Made by a program: the position numbers and the translations under genes. Positions 10,205 to 19,676 of a stretch of 64,000 nucleotides of DNA are shown here, one piece after another. Position 1 is the stretch's first letter; the number at the start of each line of letters is the position of its first letter. This DNA is from Acidobacteriota bacterium (lineage in GTDB: Bacteria > Acidobacteriota > UBA890 > WLXD01), in contig CAXWPH010000014.1 in the NCBI GenBank assembly GCA_963666055.2, forward strand, positions 96,001 through 160,000, given 5' to 3'. The notes under the pieces are model-generated. The model was given only the letters and a program-made list of their open reading frames with translations, was not told where the DNA came from and ran no database searches.

Positions 10205-10998
10205 CTGGATTCCGAGTGTTGTAGCTGTCGTAGGATCTCCAGCGCCTGCTCGGCCAGCGGACTGCCCGGTGCCAGTCGGAGAACCTGTTGCAGATGATCG
10301 ACCGCCTGTTCGCTGGTACCGAGATCTCGATGCGCCAGGCCTCGCAGCAACTCGCCCCGCGGCGACGATGGCACAGCGCCCAGGCTCTCCAGGGCCGCGA
10401 GCGCCTCCCGTGGCCGCCCGTTCTTGATTAACGCGTCGGCAAGCGACATGTGCATGAGCGGGTACAACGGATCGTTCGACGGAACCGCGGCGCGAGTCGC
10501 CTCGCTGAGGACCGGGATGGCCGCTTCAACGTCGCCCTGCTGCAAGTAGACGTTGCCGAGGTTTACCAGCACACGAGCGCGTGAGATACGCGGGTAGACC
10601 GGGTCGTCCAGGGCGGCTCGATAGTGCTCGATCGCGCGCGCCAGGTCGCCGCGCCGAACCCAGTGGACGCCGAGCCAGTTGTGCGTCTCGGTGAGCTGCG
10701 GATTCATCCGCAAGGCGGAGAGAAACTCCGCCTCGGCCGCCTCGAAGTCGTCGAGCTGCGTGTAGACGACTCCCAGCCACATACGCGACTCGGCGTTCTC
10801 CGCATAGATACCCACCGACTTGCGGAGAGCAACCAACGCCTGGCGGAGCTGGTTGTTGGCGATGAACTGAACTGCCAACTGCTGCAACTCAGTGGGATCG
10901 TCGCTGTTGGCGATCAACGGATCGACCGCACGCTGCGCCGAGGCTAATGGCACGCCGGAGCTAGCGATCAGCAGTGCAAGGGCGATGCTCCGGAGCAT
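10201..10998 (-). CDS. Exported tetratricopeptide-repeat protein (PilF/PilW-like)
   Basis: N-terminal signal-peptide-like segment and several TPR-like repeats (WLGVVY..., NLGNVYL...). ALDDPVYP resembles PilW-type proteins. Its TAG stop lies in the CTAG flanking the MITE. Confidence 0.8.
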   Translation of the reverse strand: MLRSIALALLIASSGVPLASAQRAVDPLIANSDDPTELQQLAVQFIANNQLRQALVALRKSVGIYAENAESRMWLGVVYTQLDDFEAAEAEFLSALRMNPQLTETHNWLGVHWVRRGDLARAIEHYRAALDDPVYPRISRARVLVNLGNVYLQQGDVEAAIPVLSEATRAAVPSNDPLYPLMHMSLADALIKNGRPREALAALESLGAVPSSPRGELLRGLAHRDLGTSEQAVDHLQQVLRLAPGSPLAEQALEILRQLQHSESS

Positions 10999-11058
10999 AC
11001 GCGTCCCCCAACCAGAGTACGTTCAGAACCTGATAGCCGCCCCCCGGCAATCACCGAG

Positions 11059-11067
11059 ATCGTAGCA
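11059..11067 (-). promoter_or_regulatory. Putative extended -10 element (TGCTACGAT) upstream of the TPR gene
   Basis: TGn-TAnnAT match about 60 nt upstream of ATG 10998. Confidence 0.35.
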
Positions 11068-11160
11068 TGCCCGGTGCGCGGAGGGACCGCCGGGCGGCCG
11101 TGCGGCCGGGTGCTCAGCCCGGTGCTCCGTCCGGGTGACGACACGCCGTTTGGCGACGCC

Positions 11161-11248
11161 TTAGCAGGGCCGTGGTGGAAGCATGGCGGGCCTGGTTACG
11201 GCGAGTTGGGGTCAGATGCAAGGGGACCTGACGCAGGCGATGCCCTAG
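11161..11248 (+). repeat. Truncated, diverged left part of a family 1 element
   Basis: TTAGCAGGGCCGTGGTGGAAG...GGTTACGGCGAGTTGGGGTCAGATGCAAGG...GGCGATGCCCTAG aligns to the first ~95 nt of family 1 and stops at its internal CTAG. Confidence 0.8.
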
Positions 11249-11523
11249 CAGGCCGTGGTGAAAGTGTGGTGGGTCTGGTTACGGCGAGTTGGGGCCAGAT
11301 GCAAGGCGGCCTGACACAGGCGATGCCCTAGCCATCGTCCAGGAAGGCCAACGCCGCAAATGGCCCCAAATCGCCGTAACCCTTCGGGCGACAGGGGGTT
11401 GCGCGCGTATCCTGCGTCGTTCCTCGTCAACGATGGGGTAGCCATCGCCTCCTCCTCTCTCCTTGCCTCCACTTCGCAAGTCCCTGTCGCCAGTCCCACC
11501 ACACTTTCACCACCGCCTGCTAA
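11245..11523 (+). mobile_element. MITE-like element, family 1 copy B
   Basis: Same TIRs (2 mismatches in the right TIR), with CTAG/CTAA ends. About 18 differences from copy A over 279 bp by manual alignment. Confidence 0.88.
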
Positions 11524-11532
11524 CAGGGACAG

Positions 11533-12558
11533 CTAACCCCACTCCTCGACCAGGGCTCGCGCTAGCAACTCATCGATCGCCTGTCTCGCCGGCTTGCCGC
11601 CGTAAAGCACTCGATAGACCTGCTCGGCGATCGGCATCTCCACCCCGTGGCGCCGAGCGATCTGACGCACTGAACGCGTCGTAGCGACCCCTTCGGCCAC
11701 CATCGCCATGCCCCGTGTCACCTCTTCGAGGGTCTGGCCACGACCGATGGCCACCCCGACACCACGATTGCGGCTCAACGGACCATTACACGTGAGCACG
11801 AGATCACCGAGACCCGCCAGCCCCATCATTGTCTCGGCCCGCCCGCCAAGCTCCAGGGCAAGCGTCGTCATTTCTTTCAGCCCCCGACATATCAAGGCTG
11901 CACTGCTGTTGGCACCGAGCCCAAGGCCGACAACGATCCCTGCTGCCACGGCGATGACATTCTTCAGAGCGCCGGCGATCTCCACTCCGATGAGGTCGGG
12001 GTTGCGGTAGACGCGCAACGGACCGTAGCTGAGGGCGGTCTGGACGTCCGCGGCGGCTACCGCATCGGCACAGCCGAGGGTCACCGCCGTAGGCTGGCCT
12101 TCGGCCAGCTCGCGCGCGAACGAGGGTCCCGACAAGGAGGAAAGAGACCGCACCGAGACCGGGACTACCTCTTGCAGCAACTGGGTCATGCGCAGGCCAC
12201 TATCTTCTTCGATTCCCTTCGTTGCCGAGATCAAGTGTGCCTCGGCCTCGACACAGGCCCCCAGTCCCGCCCACACGTCACGCAGGAAACGGGAGGGAAT
12301 CGCGCTGATCACCAGTCTCGCGCCATGCAACGCTTCCCCGGCTACCGCAGTCACGCGCATTGCTTCCGGGAAGGGAACACCGGCCAAGTAGACGGCGTTC
12401 TCGCGCTCCTCGCGCATGCGTGCCACCTTGGCGGGGTCGTGACCCCAGAGCACGACATCGTGTCCCGCAGAGGCGGTGTGAATCGCCAGTGCCGTGCCCC
12501 ACGACCCGGCACCCATCACTGCGACCCGCGTGGCCTGCGGCAACGATGACCTGGTCAT
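11533..12558 (-). CDS. gpsA: NAD(P)H-dependent glycerol-3-phosphate dehydrogenase
   Basis: GAGSWGTALA, TKGIE, LSGPSFA, GALKNVIA, GLAGLGDLVLTC...SRN. Confidence 0.97.
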   Translation of the reverse strand: MTRSSLPQATRVAVMGAGSWGTALAIHTASAGHDVVLWGHDPAKVARMREERENAVYLAGVPFPEAMRVTAVAGEALHGARLVISAIPSRFLRDVWAGLGACVEAEAHLISATKGIEEDSGLRMTQLLQEVVPVSVRSLSSLSGPSFARELAEGQPTAVTLGCADAVAAADVQTALSYGPLRVYRNPDLIGVEIAGALKNVIAVAAGIVVGLGLGANSSAALICRGLKEMTTLALELGGRAETMMGLAGLGDLVLTCNGPLSRNRGVGVAIGRGQTLEEVTRGMAMVAEGVATTRSVRQIARRHGVEMPIAEQVYRVLYGGKPARQAIDELLARALVEEWG

Positions 12559-13154
12559 GGTCGTTCGCTCCCGGTCCGTGGCTCGTCGCCGGCGCGGAGC
12601 CGAGCGATGTTGTCGGCGTGGCGCACGACAACCACGGCCGCCACCAGCGCCGCGCCTACTACTACCGCCGTAGGCTCACCCGTGACGAGGCCGCCGATCG
12701 GGAGCAACAACGCGGCGCTGAGCGACGCCAACGATACCGTTCGAGACCATCCGACCACCAGCGCGAAGGCGATCAGCGCGACCACGGCAGCCCACGGGCT
12801 CATCACACCGAAGGCGCCGAACATTGTCGCCACTCCTTTGCCACCGCGCCACCGTAACCAGGGCGTAAAGCAATGGCCCAGTACTGCACCCACTCCACCG
12901 GCGACCGCCACTGCCGGAACACCGGGTGCCAGCATGTCGCCGAGCAATACTCCCACCGCCCCCTTGCCGGCATCGGCAGCGAGCGCCAGCGCCCAACCAA
13001 CCGGACCGAGCACGCGGCCGACATTCGTGGCACCGATGTTGCCACTGCCCACCGAACGAATATCCCCTCGACCCAGCAGGCGCACGAGGAGAAACCCGAA
13101 CGGCACGCTGCCGACAGCGAACCCCGCGACAAGCGCGACGACGGCTGTTCCCAA
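12555..13154 (-). CDS. plsY: Glycerol-3-phosphate acyltransferase PlsY
   Basis: GSGNIGATNVGR, GGKGVAT, RHADNIARL. Confidence 0.95.
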   Translation of the reverse strand: MGTAVVALVAGFAVGSVPFGFLLVRLLGRGDIRSVGSGNIGATNVGRVLGPVGWALALAADAGKGAVGVLLGDMLAPGVPAVAVAGGVGAVLGHCFTPWLRWRGGKGVATMFGAFGVMSPWAAVVALIAFALVVGWSRTVSLASLSAALLLPIGGLVTGEPTAVVVGAALVAAVVVVRHADNIARLRAGDEPRTGSERP

Positions 13155-13157
13155 CGC

Positions 13158-13676
13158 TTACTCCTGCACGAGAGCGGGGTCGTGATCGCGCACGACCTCC
13201 TCAATGAGGCAGCGCAACAGGCCGCCCGTCGCGGCTTGGCGCACAGCGATGCGATCGCCATCGTATACGTACCGCAGCGCACGCACTCGGTTGACTCCCG
13301 AAACCACCAGGTAGGCCGTCCCCACCGGATCAGGGCCGTCTGTGCTCGGCCCGGCCCAACCAGTAACGGCCGCCCCGTACGTACTCCGTGCGAGGTCACG
13401 CACGCGGCATGCCAGATCACGTGTGGTGGCCTCCGACACCGTGCCGTGCGCGCCAAGCATGTCGGCGGACGCGCCGATCAACTGGCGCTTCGCATCGGCG
13501 GTGTAGGCCACCACTGATCCCCAGAAGCACACCGATGCCCCGGGCACTCTGGTCAGCGCTGCGCCGACTTCGCCGCCCGTGCACGACTCCACGACCGCGA
13601 GCGTGTCCCCGCCAGCGGTCAACAGCGCCACCAGGCGTGCTGCGAGCTCGTCGACAGTGATCAGATCGGCAACCAT
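13158..13676 (-). CDS. pncC: NMN deamidase (stand-alone CinA C-terminal domain)
   Basis: ESCTGG...PGAS...VAY...HGTVSE...TGWAGP. Confidence 0.85.
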   Translation of the reverse strand: MVADLITVDELAARLVALLTAGGDTLAVVESCTGGEVGAALTRVPGASVCFWGSVVAYTADAKRQLIGASADMLGAHGTVSEATTRDLACRVRDLARSTYGAAVTGWAGPSTDGPDPVGTAYLVVSGVNRVRALRYVYDGDRIAVRQAATGGLLRCLIEEVVRDHDPALVQE

Positions 13677-14119
13677 GGCGCCACCAGGTGCACCAGCGCC
13701 AGCGCGTAAAGACCAGCGAGCACATCGTCAGCCATGATGCCCCACCCTGCCGGCAAAGCTTCGGCCTGACGCACCGGGAACGGCTTGACGATATCGAAGA
13801 ATCGGAAGAGGAAGAACGCCAGCACTCCGGCGGCCCAGCCGCTCGTGCCCAGCAAAGCGACCCACATGCCGGCGAGCTCGTCGACCACCACCTCCGAAGG
13901 ATCCTCCGTCTCCAGGGATCGGCTAACGCGGGTCGCGGCCACCGCACCGACCACGATCACCACGAGCGTAGCAGCGGCTTGGGTAGCAGCAGGTCGTGCG
14001 GCGAGCAACGGCCAGAAGAGCGCCAATCCCAGCAGGGAGCCCCAGGTTCCCGGAGGCCAAATGAACCCGATACCCAAGCAGCTCGTCAGTACCCGCGACG
14101 CCCGAGTGATCGGGCTCAC
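13661..14119 (-). CDS. pgpA: Phosphatidylglycerophosphatase A
   Basis: PGTWGS, DPSEVVVDELAG, FRFFDIVKPFP, GIMADDVLAG. Confidence 0.95.
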   Translation of the reverse strand: MSPITRASRVLTSCLGIGFIWPPGTWGSLLGLALFWPLLAARPAATQAAATLVVIVVGAVAATRVSRSLETEDPSEVVVDELAGMWVALLGTSGWAAGVLAFFLFRFFDIVKPFPVRQAEALPAGWGIMADDVLAGLYALALVHLVAPWLPI

Positions 14120-15411
14120 GGCTCCAGACGCCCGAGCATTCGGGGGAACGGAATCGTCTCGCGCAGGTGCGAACGGCCGGTGACCCAGGCAACGAGGCGC
14201 TCCAACCCCATGCCAAAGCCCGAGTGCGGCACCGTTCCGTAGCGTCTCAGATCCATGTACCAGGAGTACGACTCAAGGGGCAAGCCATGCTCCCGCAAAC
14301 GAGACTCCAGCAGATCCGGATCGTGAATACGCTGGCCGCCGCCGACGAGCTCCCCGCAGCCCTCGGGGGCAATCATGTCGCATCCCAGCACCAGATCCGG
14401 CCGCTCGGCGTCCGGCTCCATGTAGAAGGGCTTGATCTTGGTCGGGAATCGGTTGATGAATACGGGACGATCGTAGGCGTCCGAGATGACCGTCTCGTGG
14501 CCGCCGCCGAAGTCGCTGCCCCAATCGAAATCCTCCCCGGCTTTCTGGAGGATCTGCACCGCCTCGTCGTAGTGGATGCGCGGGAACGGGCTGAGCACGT
14601 TCTGCAGCCGCTGGGTGTCGCGCTCGAGCGTCGCCAGCTCGTCGGCGCAAGCCGTCAATGCTCCTTGCACCACCGTGACGATAAAGTCCTCTGCCAGATC
14701 CATGATGTCCTCGAGGTCCGCGTACGCAACCTCCGGCTCGAGCATCCAGAACTCTGTCAGATGACGGCGCGTCTTCGACTTTTCGGCACGGAAGGTGGGT
14801 CCGAAGCAGAAGACCTTACCGTGCGCCATCGCTGCGGCCTCCTGATACAGCTGACCGCTCTGCGTGAGATAGGCCGAACGTCCGAAGTAGTCGGTCTCGA
14901 ACAGACTCGTCGTACCCTCGACCGACAGCGGCGTCAGGATCGGACTGTCGATGAGGGTGAAGCCGCGATCGTAAAAATAGTCGCGACACAGCTTCTGGAG
15001 CTTGCTGCGAACCCGCAGGATCGCGTGTTGCTGTGATGACCGCAGCCACAGGTGGCGCCGGTCCATCAGAAACTCGATGCCATGCCCCTTCGGGGTGATC
15101 GGGTAATCGTGGACCTGCTGAAGCACTTCCATCTCGGCTATCCCGATCTCAACGCCGCCGAGGGCGCGCTCGTCTGCCTTCACCCGCCCGGTAACAACGA
15201 TCGCTGATTCCTGGCCCAATCCGTCGATCAACTCCCAAACCACGTCGCCGATCTTGCTGCGCACCGCCACTGCCTGCACGACGCCGGTGCCATCGCGAAC
15301 CTGTAAGAATGCGATCTTGCCGCTGGAACGTTTATTGTAGAGCCAGCCACGGAGGCACACCTCCGAATCGAGGTGATCGGCGAGATCCTCGATGTATACG
15401 AACGGTGGCAA
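14116..15411 (-). CDS. asnS: Asparagine--tRNA ligase
   Basis: AYLTQSGQLY, FRAEKSKTRRHLTEFWM, GGGQR, PHSGFGMGLER. The likely start is TTG 15411, after a GGAG SD. Confidence 0.95.
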   Translation of the reverse strand: MPPFVYIEDLADHLDSEVCLRGWLYNKRSSGKIAFLQVRDGTGVVQAVAVRSKIGDVVWELIDGLGQESAIVVTGRVKADERALGGVEIGIAEMEVLQQVHDYPITPKGHGIEFLMDRRHLWLRSSQQHAILRVRSKLQKLCRDYFYDRGFTLIDSPILTPLSVEGTTSLFETDYFGRSAYLTQSGQLYQEAAAMAHGKVFCFGPTFRAEKSKTRRHLTEFWMLEPEVAYADLEDIMDLAEDFIVTVVQGALTACADELATLERDTQRLQNVLSPFPRIHYDEAVQILQKAGEDFDWGSDFGGGHETVISDAYDRPVFINRFPTKIKPFYMEPDAERPDLVLGCDMIAPEGCGELVGGGQRIHDPDLLESRLREHGLPLESYSWYMDLRRYGTVPHSGFGMGLERLVAWVTGRSHLRETIPFPRMLGRLEP

Positions 15412-15472
15412 ATTACCGGCTCCGTCAGCGATTGGAGGTGACCAGGAAAGGTACCGTCGCACTCAGTGCAAG

Positions 15473-16483
15473 TCACGCCGTGAGGCGATCAAAGGCCTGC
15501 AGCTGCCGCAAGACATCGTCCCAACCCAGCGCCACCAGCGCGGCGCGGGCGTTCTTCCACGTCCGCGGTGCGTAGCGCGCATAGTCGGGATTTCCGGCGA
15601 TCGTTACCTGGTATCCAAATGTCCCGAGAGCCTTGAGGCAGCGCTGCACGCCGACCAGGCAGAAGGCCTGTCGAGCTGAGGCCGGCAGGCCGGCCGGGCC
15701 CGTCGGAATCTCGGCGCCATCAGAGGCTTGGAGCCGACAGCGGCAGCCTGCCCAGAAACTCGCCAACGTGGCGGCCGCCACGGCCGGGTCGACGTCACAA
15801 TAGTTGTCCCAGACCAGCGACGCCATGTCGTACAACAGCGGCCCCGGCATGACATCCTGGAAATCGAGCACCATCAACCGGTCGCCGGTCACCAGCAGAT
15901 TGCGCGCGTGATAGTCACGGTGGCACAGCACAAGCGGCTGCCGCTCAACCTCGGATACCAGACGGTCGTAGGCTCGAGCGCGGCGACCGCCACCGTCACC
16001 GACCCCGAGCCAACCGCGCAGCGCATGCTGCTCCATGAAATCGAGCTCCCAACGTAGCCGAGAAGCATCCAGGCGCAGATCCGAGTTAGGGGCCGCGGCG
16101 CGGCGGCCATGGCGCTGCAGACGTACGATGACCCGCGCCGCCTGACGGTACAGTCGCATGAGTCGTCCCGGCTTGGCCTGATCGAGAAGCTCGTCGCCAC
16201 CGTCTTCTACCACCAAGGCGCGAGCACCGACCGATCGCACCCGCGGCACTCGGACCCCGGCGCGCCGGAAGAATTCCGCCGTCTTCAAGTAGCGGGCCGC
16301 ACCATCACGCTCGTCTGCGGGATAGACCACCAGGATGCTCGACTCTGGCGCTGTGGCCACGCGAAAGAACCTACGGCTCGAAGCGTGACCGGTCAGTCGC
16401 TCCAAGTGCACACCGGGGGGCAGCGCCAGCCCCTCCAGGACGCCCTCGACCGCAAGCTCGGCGAATGTCGCTTGACCCGTCAT
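15473..16483 (-). CDS. amgK: APH-family phosphotransferase, AmgK-like anomeric MurNAc/GlcNAc kinase
   Basis: GHASSRRFFR, CHRDYHARNL, LDFQD...GPLLYDMASL, QRCLKALGTF. Coupled to the nucleotidyltransferase by an ATGA overlap. Confidence 0.75.
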   Translation of the reverse strand: MTGQATFAELAVEGVLEGLALPPGVHLERLTGHASSRRFFRVATAPESSILVVYPADERDGAARYLKTAEFFRRAGVRVPRVRSVGARALVVEDGGDELLDQAKPGRLMRLYRQAARVIVRLQRHGRRAAAPNSDLRLDASRLRWELDFMEQHALRGWLGVGDGGGRRARAYDRLVSEVERQPLVLCHRDYHARNLLVTGDRLMVLDFQDVMPGPLLYDMASLVWDNYCDVDPAVAAATLASFWAGCRCRLQASDGAEIPTGPAGLPASARQAFCLVGVQRCLKALGTFGYQVTIAGNPDYARYAPRTWKNARAALVALGWDDVLRQLQAFDRLTA

Positions 16484-17538
16484 AAGCGGCTGCCCGACCG
16501 CGACGCAGCGTCGAAGGGAACCATTCCCTCGGGCGTGAACACCGCCTCCTCGGCCTCGGTACCGGGCGGTACCGCAACCCCGTCCATTACTACCACCCGG
16601 TGCAATCGGCACCGCGGCCCTACGTTGGCGCCCTTCCAAAGCACGCTCTCGGTCACTCGGCTACCGCCCTCGATGCGACAAACATCCGCCGCTACGAGAC
16701 CCCTCAATATGCTGCCGTGTTTAAGGCGTGTTCCAGCGCCGACCAGAAAGGGCGGCTCCAACCTGACGTTCTCTATGTGAGTATCGGGGCTCACGTAACC
16801 GCTGCTCAACAGGCGCCGCGCTCGAGCATACCCGAGCGACGCGTGGCCGCGTTCCAGGGCCGCGAGCTGGGCATCGATATAGCGGCCCAGATCACCGGCT
16901 TCGTACCAGCTGCCGGCCAGCGGTAGTGCGTGCACCGGGAGCTCGGCGCGCAGCAGCGATCGATACACCGGATCGACCATGCCAAGCGGAGTGTCGGCTG
17001 GAAGCAATTCCAACACCTCGCGCTCGACCAGGTGCACGCCGGTGAATACTCCCTCCACGGTGCGCACGTTCGACGGCGCCGGATCACCGGGAAAAGCCAG
17101 CAAGCGCCCTGCCTGGCTTGCGATCACGGTCGGATAACCACGCGCCGATTCGCCGCGGTACAGTCCCAAAGTCGCCAGAGCCCCGCTGCGGTGCTGACGT
17201 AGTAGCGGGCCGAGAGCCATGGACGAAATAGTGTCCCCATTGACCAGCAGCGTCGTCTGACCGAGCTGCTCGAGGACGCGTCGAGGCCCTCCCGCGGTGC
17301 CGAGCAGACGTTCCTCGACGCTATAGCGCATCGTCATATGGAACGCTCGCCTACCGTATGTGCCGGCGATCGAATCCGGTTGGTGGTGGAGGTTGATCCA
17401 GACCTGTCGAAAGCCGCAGCGACGGAGCCAGTCGAGCGTATAGTCCAGGAGCGGTCGGTTCAGAAACGGCACCACGGCCTTGGCGCGATCGTCTGTCAGC
17501 GGCCGCAGGCGGACAGCCTTCCCGGCCGCCAATACCAT
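16480..17538 (-). CDS. Sugar-1-phosphate nucleotidyltransferase (MurU-like N-domain plus left-handed beta-helix C-domain)
   Basis: LAAGKAVRLRPLTDDRAKA, LGTAGG, VNGD; C-terminal hexapeptide-like segment; adjacent to amgK. Confidence 0.8.
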   Translation of the reverse strand: MVLAAGKAVRLRPLTDDRAKAVVPFLNRPLLDYTLDWLRRCGFRQVWINLHHQPDSIAGTYGRRAFHMTMRYSVEERLLGTAGGPRRVLEQLGQTTLLVNGDTISSMALGPLLRQHRSGALATLGLYRGESARGYPTVIASQAGRLLAFPGDPAPSNVRTVEGVFTGVHLVEREVLELLPADTPLGMVDPVYRSLLRAELPVHALPLAGSWYEAGDLGRYIDAQLAALERGHASLGYARARRLLSSGYVSPDTHIENVRLEPPFLVGAGTRLKHGSILRGLVAADVCRIEGGSRVTESVLWKGANVGPRCRLHRVVVMDGVAVPPGTEAEEAVFTPEGMVPFDAASRSGSRL

Positions 17539-17591
17539 GGCGCCGAGTCGTGTGCTGTCGAAATGAAGCGGTTCGCCTCTCAGATCTGCCC

Positions 17592-18161
17592 TCAGAACGT
17601 GAGGAGCTCCTGCCGCTTGGTCTCGGCCAGTTCCTCGACACGCTCGCAGAACCTGTCGGTCAGCTCTTGTCCCTGCTTGAGGGCGCGGTGAGCGTCGTCC
17701 TGCGAGAGTTCCTTGGCATTCTCGAGTCGCTTGACCTCATCGTTGATGTCGCGACGAATCTGCCTCATCTCCGTCTTCCCGTGTTCGGCAATCGTCCCGA
17801 CGTTCTTGGCCAGGTCGTGCCGACGCTCCTCCGTCAGCTCGGGGATCGGCACGCGGATCACCGCTCCGTCGTTGTTCGGGTTGAGCCCCAGGTCCGCCCG
17901 CAGGATCGCCTTCTCGATGGCGACGATGGAGCCTCTGTCGTAGGGCTGCACAACGAGCAGCTGCGGCTCCGGAGCTGCCAGGCTGGCGAGTTGATTCAAC
18001 GGTGTCGCAGTGCCGTAGTAGTCGACTAGCACGTCGTCGAGGACTGCGGTGCTGGCGCGACCGGTCCTAATCGTCCGTAGCTCCCGAGCCATTGCTTCGA
18101 ACGCATCGTTCATCCGCTGTTGCCCGGCGTGCAACGCCTGCTGGACGCCATCTTCCGTCAT
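17592..18161 (-). CDS. frr: Ribosome recycling factor
   Basis: IRTGRAS, VDYYG, LGLNPNNDG, PELTEERR. Confidence 0.97.
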   Translation of the reverse strand: MTEDGVQQALHAGQQRMNDAFEAMARELRTIRTGRASTAVLDDVLVDYYGTATPLNQLASLAAPEPQLLVVQPYDRGSIVAIEKAILRADLGLNPNNDGAVIRVPIPELTEERRHDLAKNVGTIAEHGKTEMRQIRRDINDEVKRLENAKELSQDDAHRALKQGQELTDRFCERVEELAETKRQELLTF

Positions 18162-18173
18162 CGCTCGAGCCCC

Positions 18174-18920
18174 TCAGTTGCTATGCGAGTATTCCGCGGG
18201 AGCGATCAACGATCCGATAGGCTCACCGCGGACTGCCCTCACGATATTACCGGATTTCCGCATGTTGAAGATCAGAATGGGGAGCTCGTTCTCCATGCAG
18301 TGAGCCACGGCCGCCGAGTCCATTACCCGGAGCCGACGGCTCAGCACTTCCTCGAACGTGGTCCGCTCAATGAGCTGCGCGTCCGGGTCACTGGCCGGAT
18401 CTGCGGTGAACACTCCGTCGACCTTGGTGCCCTTCATCAGCACATCGGCGTCCATCTCCAGCGCCCGCAAGGCGGCCGCCGTATCGGTGGAGAAGTACGG
18501 GCTACCGGTGCCGGCCGCAAAGATGACCAAGCGACCCTTTTGCAGGTGCCGCAATGCCCGACGACGGATGAAAGGCTCGGCTATCTGGTCCATGCGCAGT
18601 GCGGACATGACACGGGTGTCCAGCCCGGTCTTCTCGAGGGCCTCCTGCAACGCCAAGCTGTTCATCACCGTCGCCAGCATACCTATGTGGTCGGCGGTGA
18701 CACGATCGATTCCGAGATCTTTGGCGTTTAACCCCCGGAAGATATTTCCACCGCCGATGACGATGCCCATTTCCTCGCAGGCCGAGCGCGCTTCGCGGAT
18801 CTGCTCAGCGATGTCGTGGGCGACCCGGTGATCGATTCCGTAGCCCACCGAGCCCATCAGCACCTCGCCGGACAGCTTCAGAAGCACGCGGCGATACGCT
18901 GGCCGAGCGTCGTTGGTCAT
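18174..18920 (-). CDS. pyrH: UMP kinase
   Basis: LLKLSGE, GGGNIFRG, GMLATVMN, FSTDTAAALRA. Confidence 0.97.
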   Translation of the reverse strand: MTNDARPAYRRVLLKLSGEVLMGSVGYGIDHRVAHDIAEQIREARSACEEMGIVIGGGNIFRGLNAKDLGIDRVTADHIGMLATVMNSLALQEALEKTGLDTRVMSALRMDQIAEPFIRRRALRHLQKGRLVIFAAGTGSPYFSTDTAAALRALEMDADVLMKGTKVDGVFTADPASDPDAQLIERTTFEEVLSRRLRVMDSAAVAHCMENELPILIFNMRKSGNIVRAVRGEPIGSLIAPAEYSHSN

Positions 18921-18958
18921 GCGCGACCCTCCGGTTGAACGGTCACCCGTCCGGGCGG

Positions 18959-19594
18959 CTAGTCGGAGCTAACAGGCTTGCTCACCGCTAGAGTGGCATC
19001 TGAATCACCAATCGCCAGCCGTGAGAAGCGGCCAACGCGGATATTCTCTCCGAGTTTCGCGATAGCGTCGGTGATCAGATCGGTGACCTTCTTGTCTGGC
19101 TCCTTGAGGAAGCCCTGCTCCAGCAGGCACGTCTCCGCCAGAAAGCGGTTGATCTTTCCGTCGACGATCTTGTCGATGATCTTGTCCGGCTTACCCTCTG
19201 ACAGCGCCTGCGCGCGGTACAGTTGCCGCTCGGCTTCCAGCGCCGTGGCATCGACTTCTTCACGGCCGATGTGCTTGGGGTTGGCTGCCGCCACGTGCAT
19301 GGCAAGGTCGCGGGCGAGGGAAACGAAGGCCTCGTTTCGTGCCACGAAGTCGGTCTCGCAGTTGAGCTCGAGCAACACTGCGATCCTGCCTCCCATGTGC
19401 ACGTATGCCTCGATGCGCCCTTCGGTTGCCGCGCGGCCGGCCTTCTTGGCGGCCTTCGCCTTGCCCATGGTACGGAGAATCTTGATCGCCTCGTCGATAT
19501 CTCCGGCGGCTTCCCGCAGCGCCTGCTTGCAATCCATGAAGCCGACGCCGGTGCGCTCCCTGAGTTCTTTGACGGCGATCGCGCTGATGTCCAT
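18959..19594 (-). CDS. tsf: Elongation factor Ts (short form)
   Basis: VKELRERTGVGFMDCK, ELNCETDFVA; start ATG 19594. Confidence 0.96.
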   Translation of the reverse strand: MDISAIAVKELRERTGVGFMDCKQALREAAGDIDEAIKILRTMGKAKAAKKAGRAATEGRIEAYVHMGGRIAVLLELNCETDFVARNEAFVSLARDLAMHVAAANPKHIGREEVDATALEAERQLYRAQALSEGKPDKIIDKIVDGKINRFLAETCLLEQGFLKEPDKKVTDLITDAIAKLGENIRVGRFSRLAIGDSDATLAVSKPVSSD

Positions 19595-19676
19595 CTGTTG
19601 CCTTCCTCGTGCGCAAAGTTCGTGGTTGTCGCGGAAGTGTCCGCTTCCACCAGCGGTGTCTGGTAGGAGTTCGGCG

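Noticed and set aside
11106-11139. Three short CC(G/C)GGTG repeats at 12-nt spacing
   Set aside because: Too short and GC-rich to distinguish from chance.
9926-11523. CRISPR array or tRNA/tmRNA interpretation of the repeats
   Set aside because: No regularly spaced short repeats with unique spacers, no cas genes, and no cloverleaf/T-loop signature.
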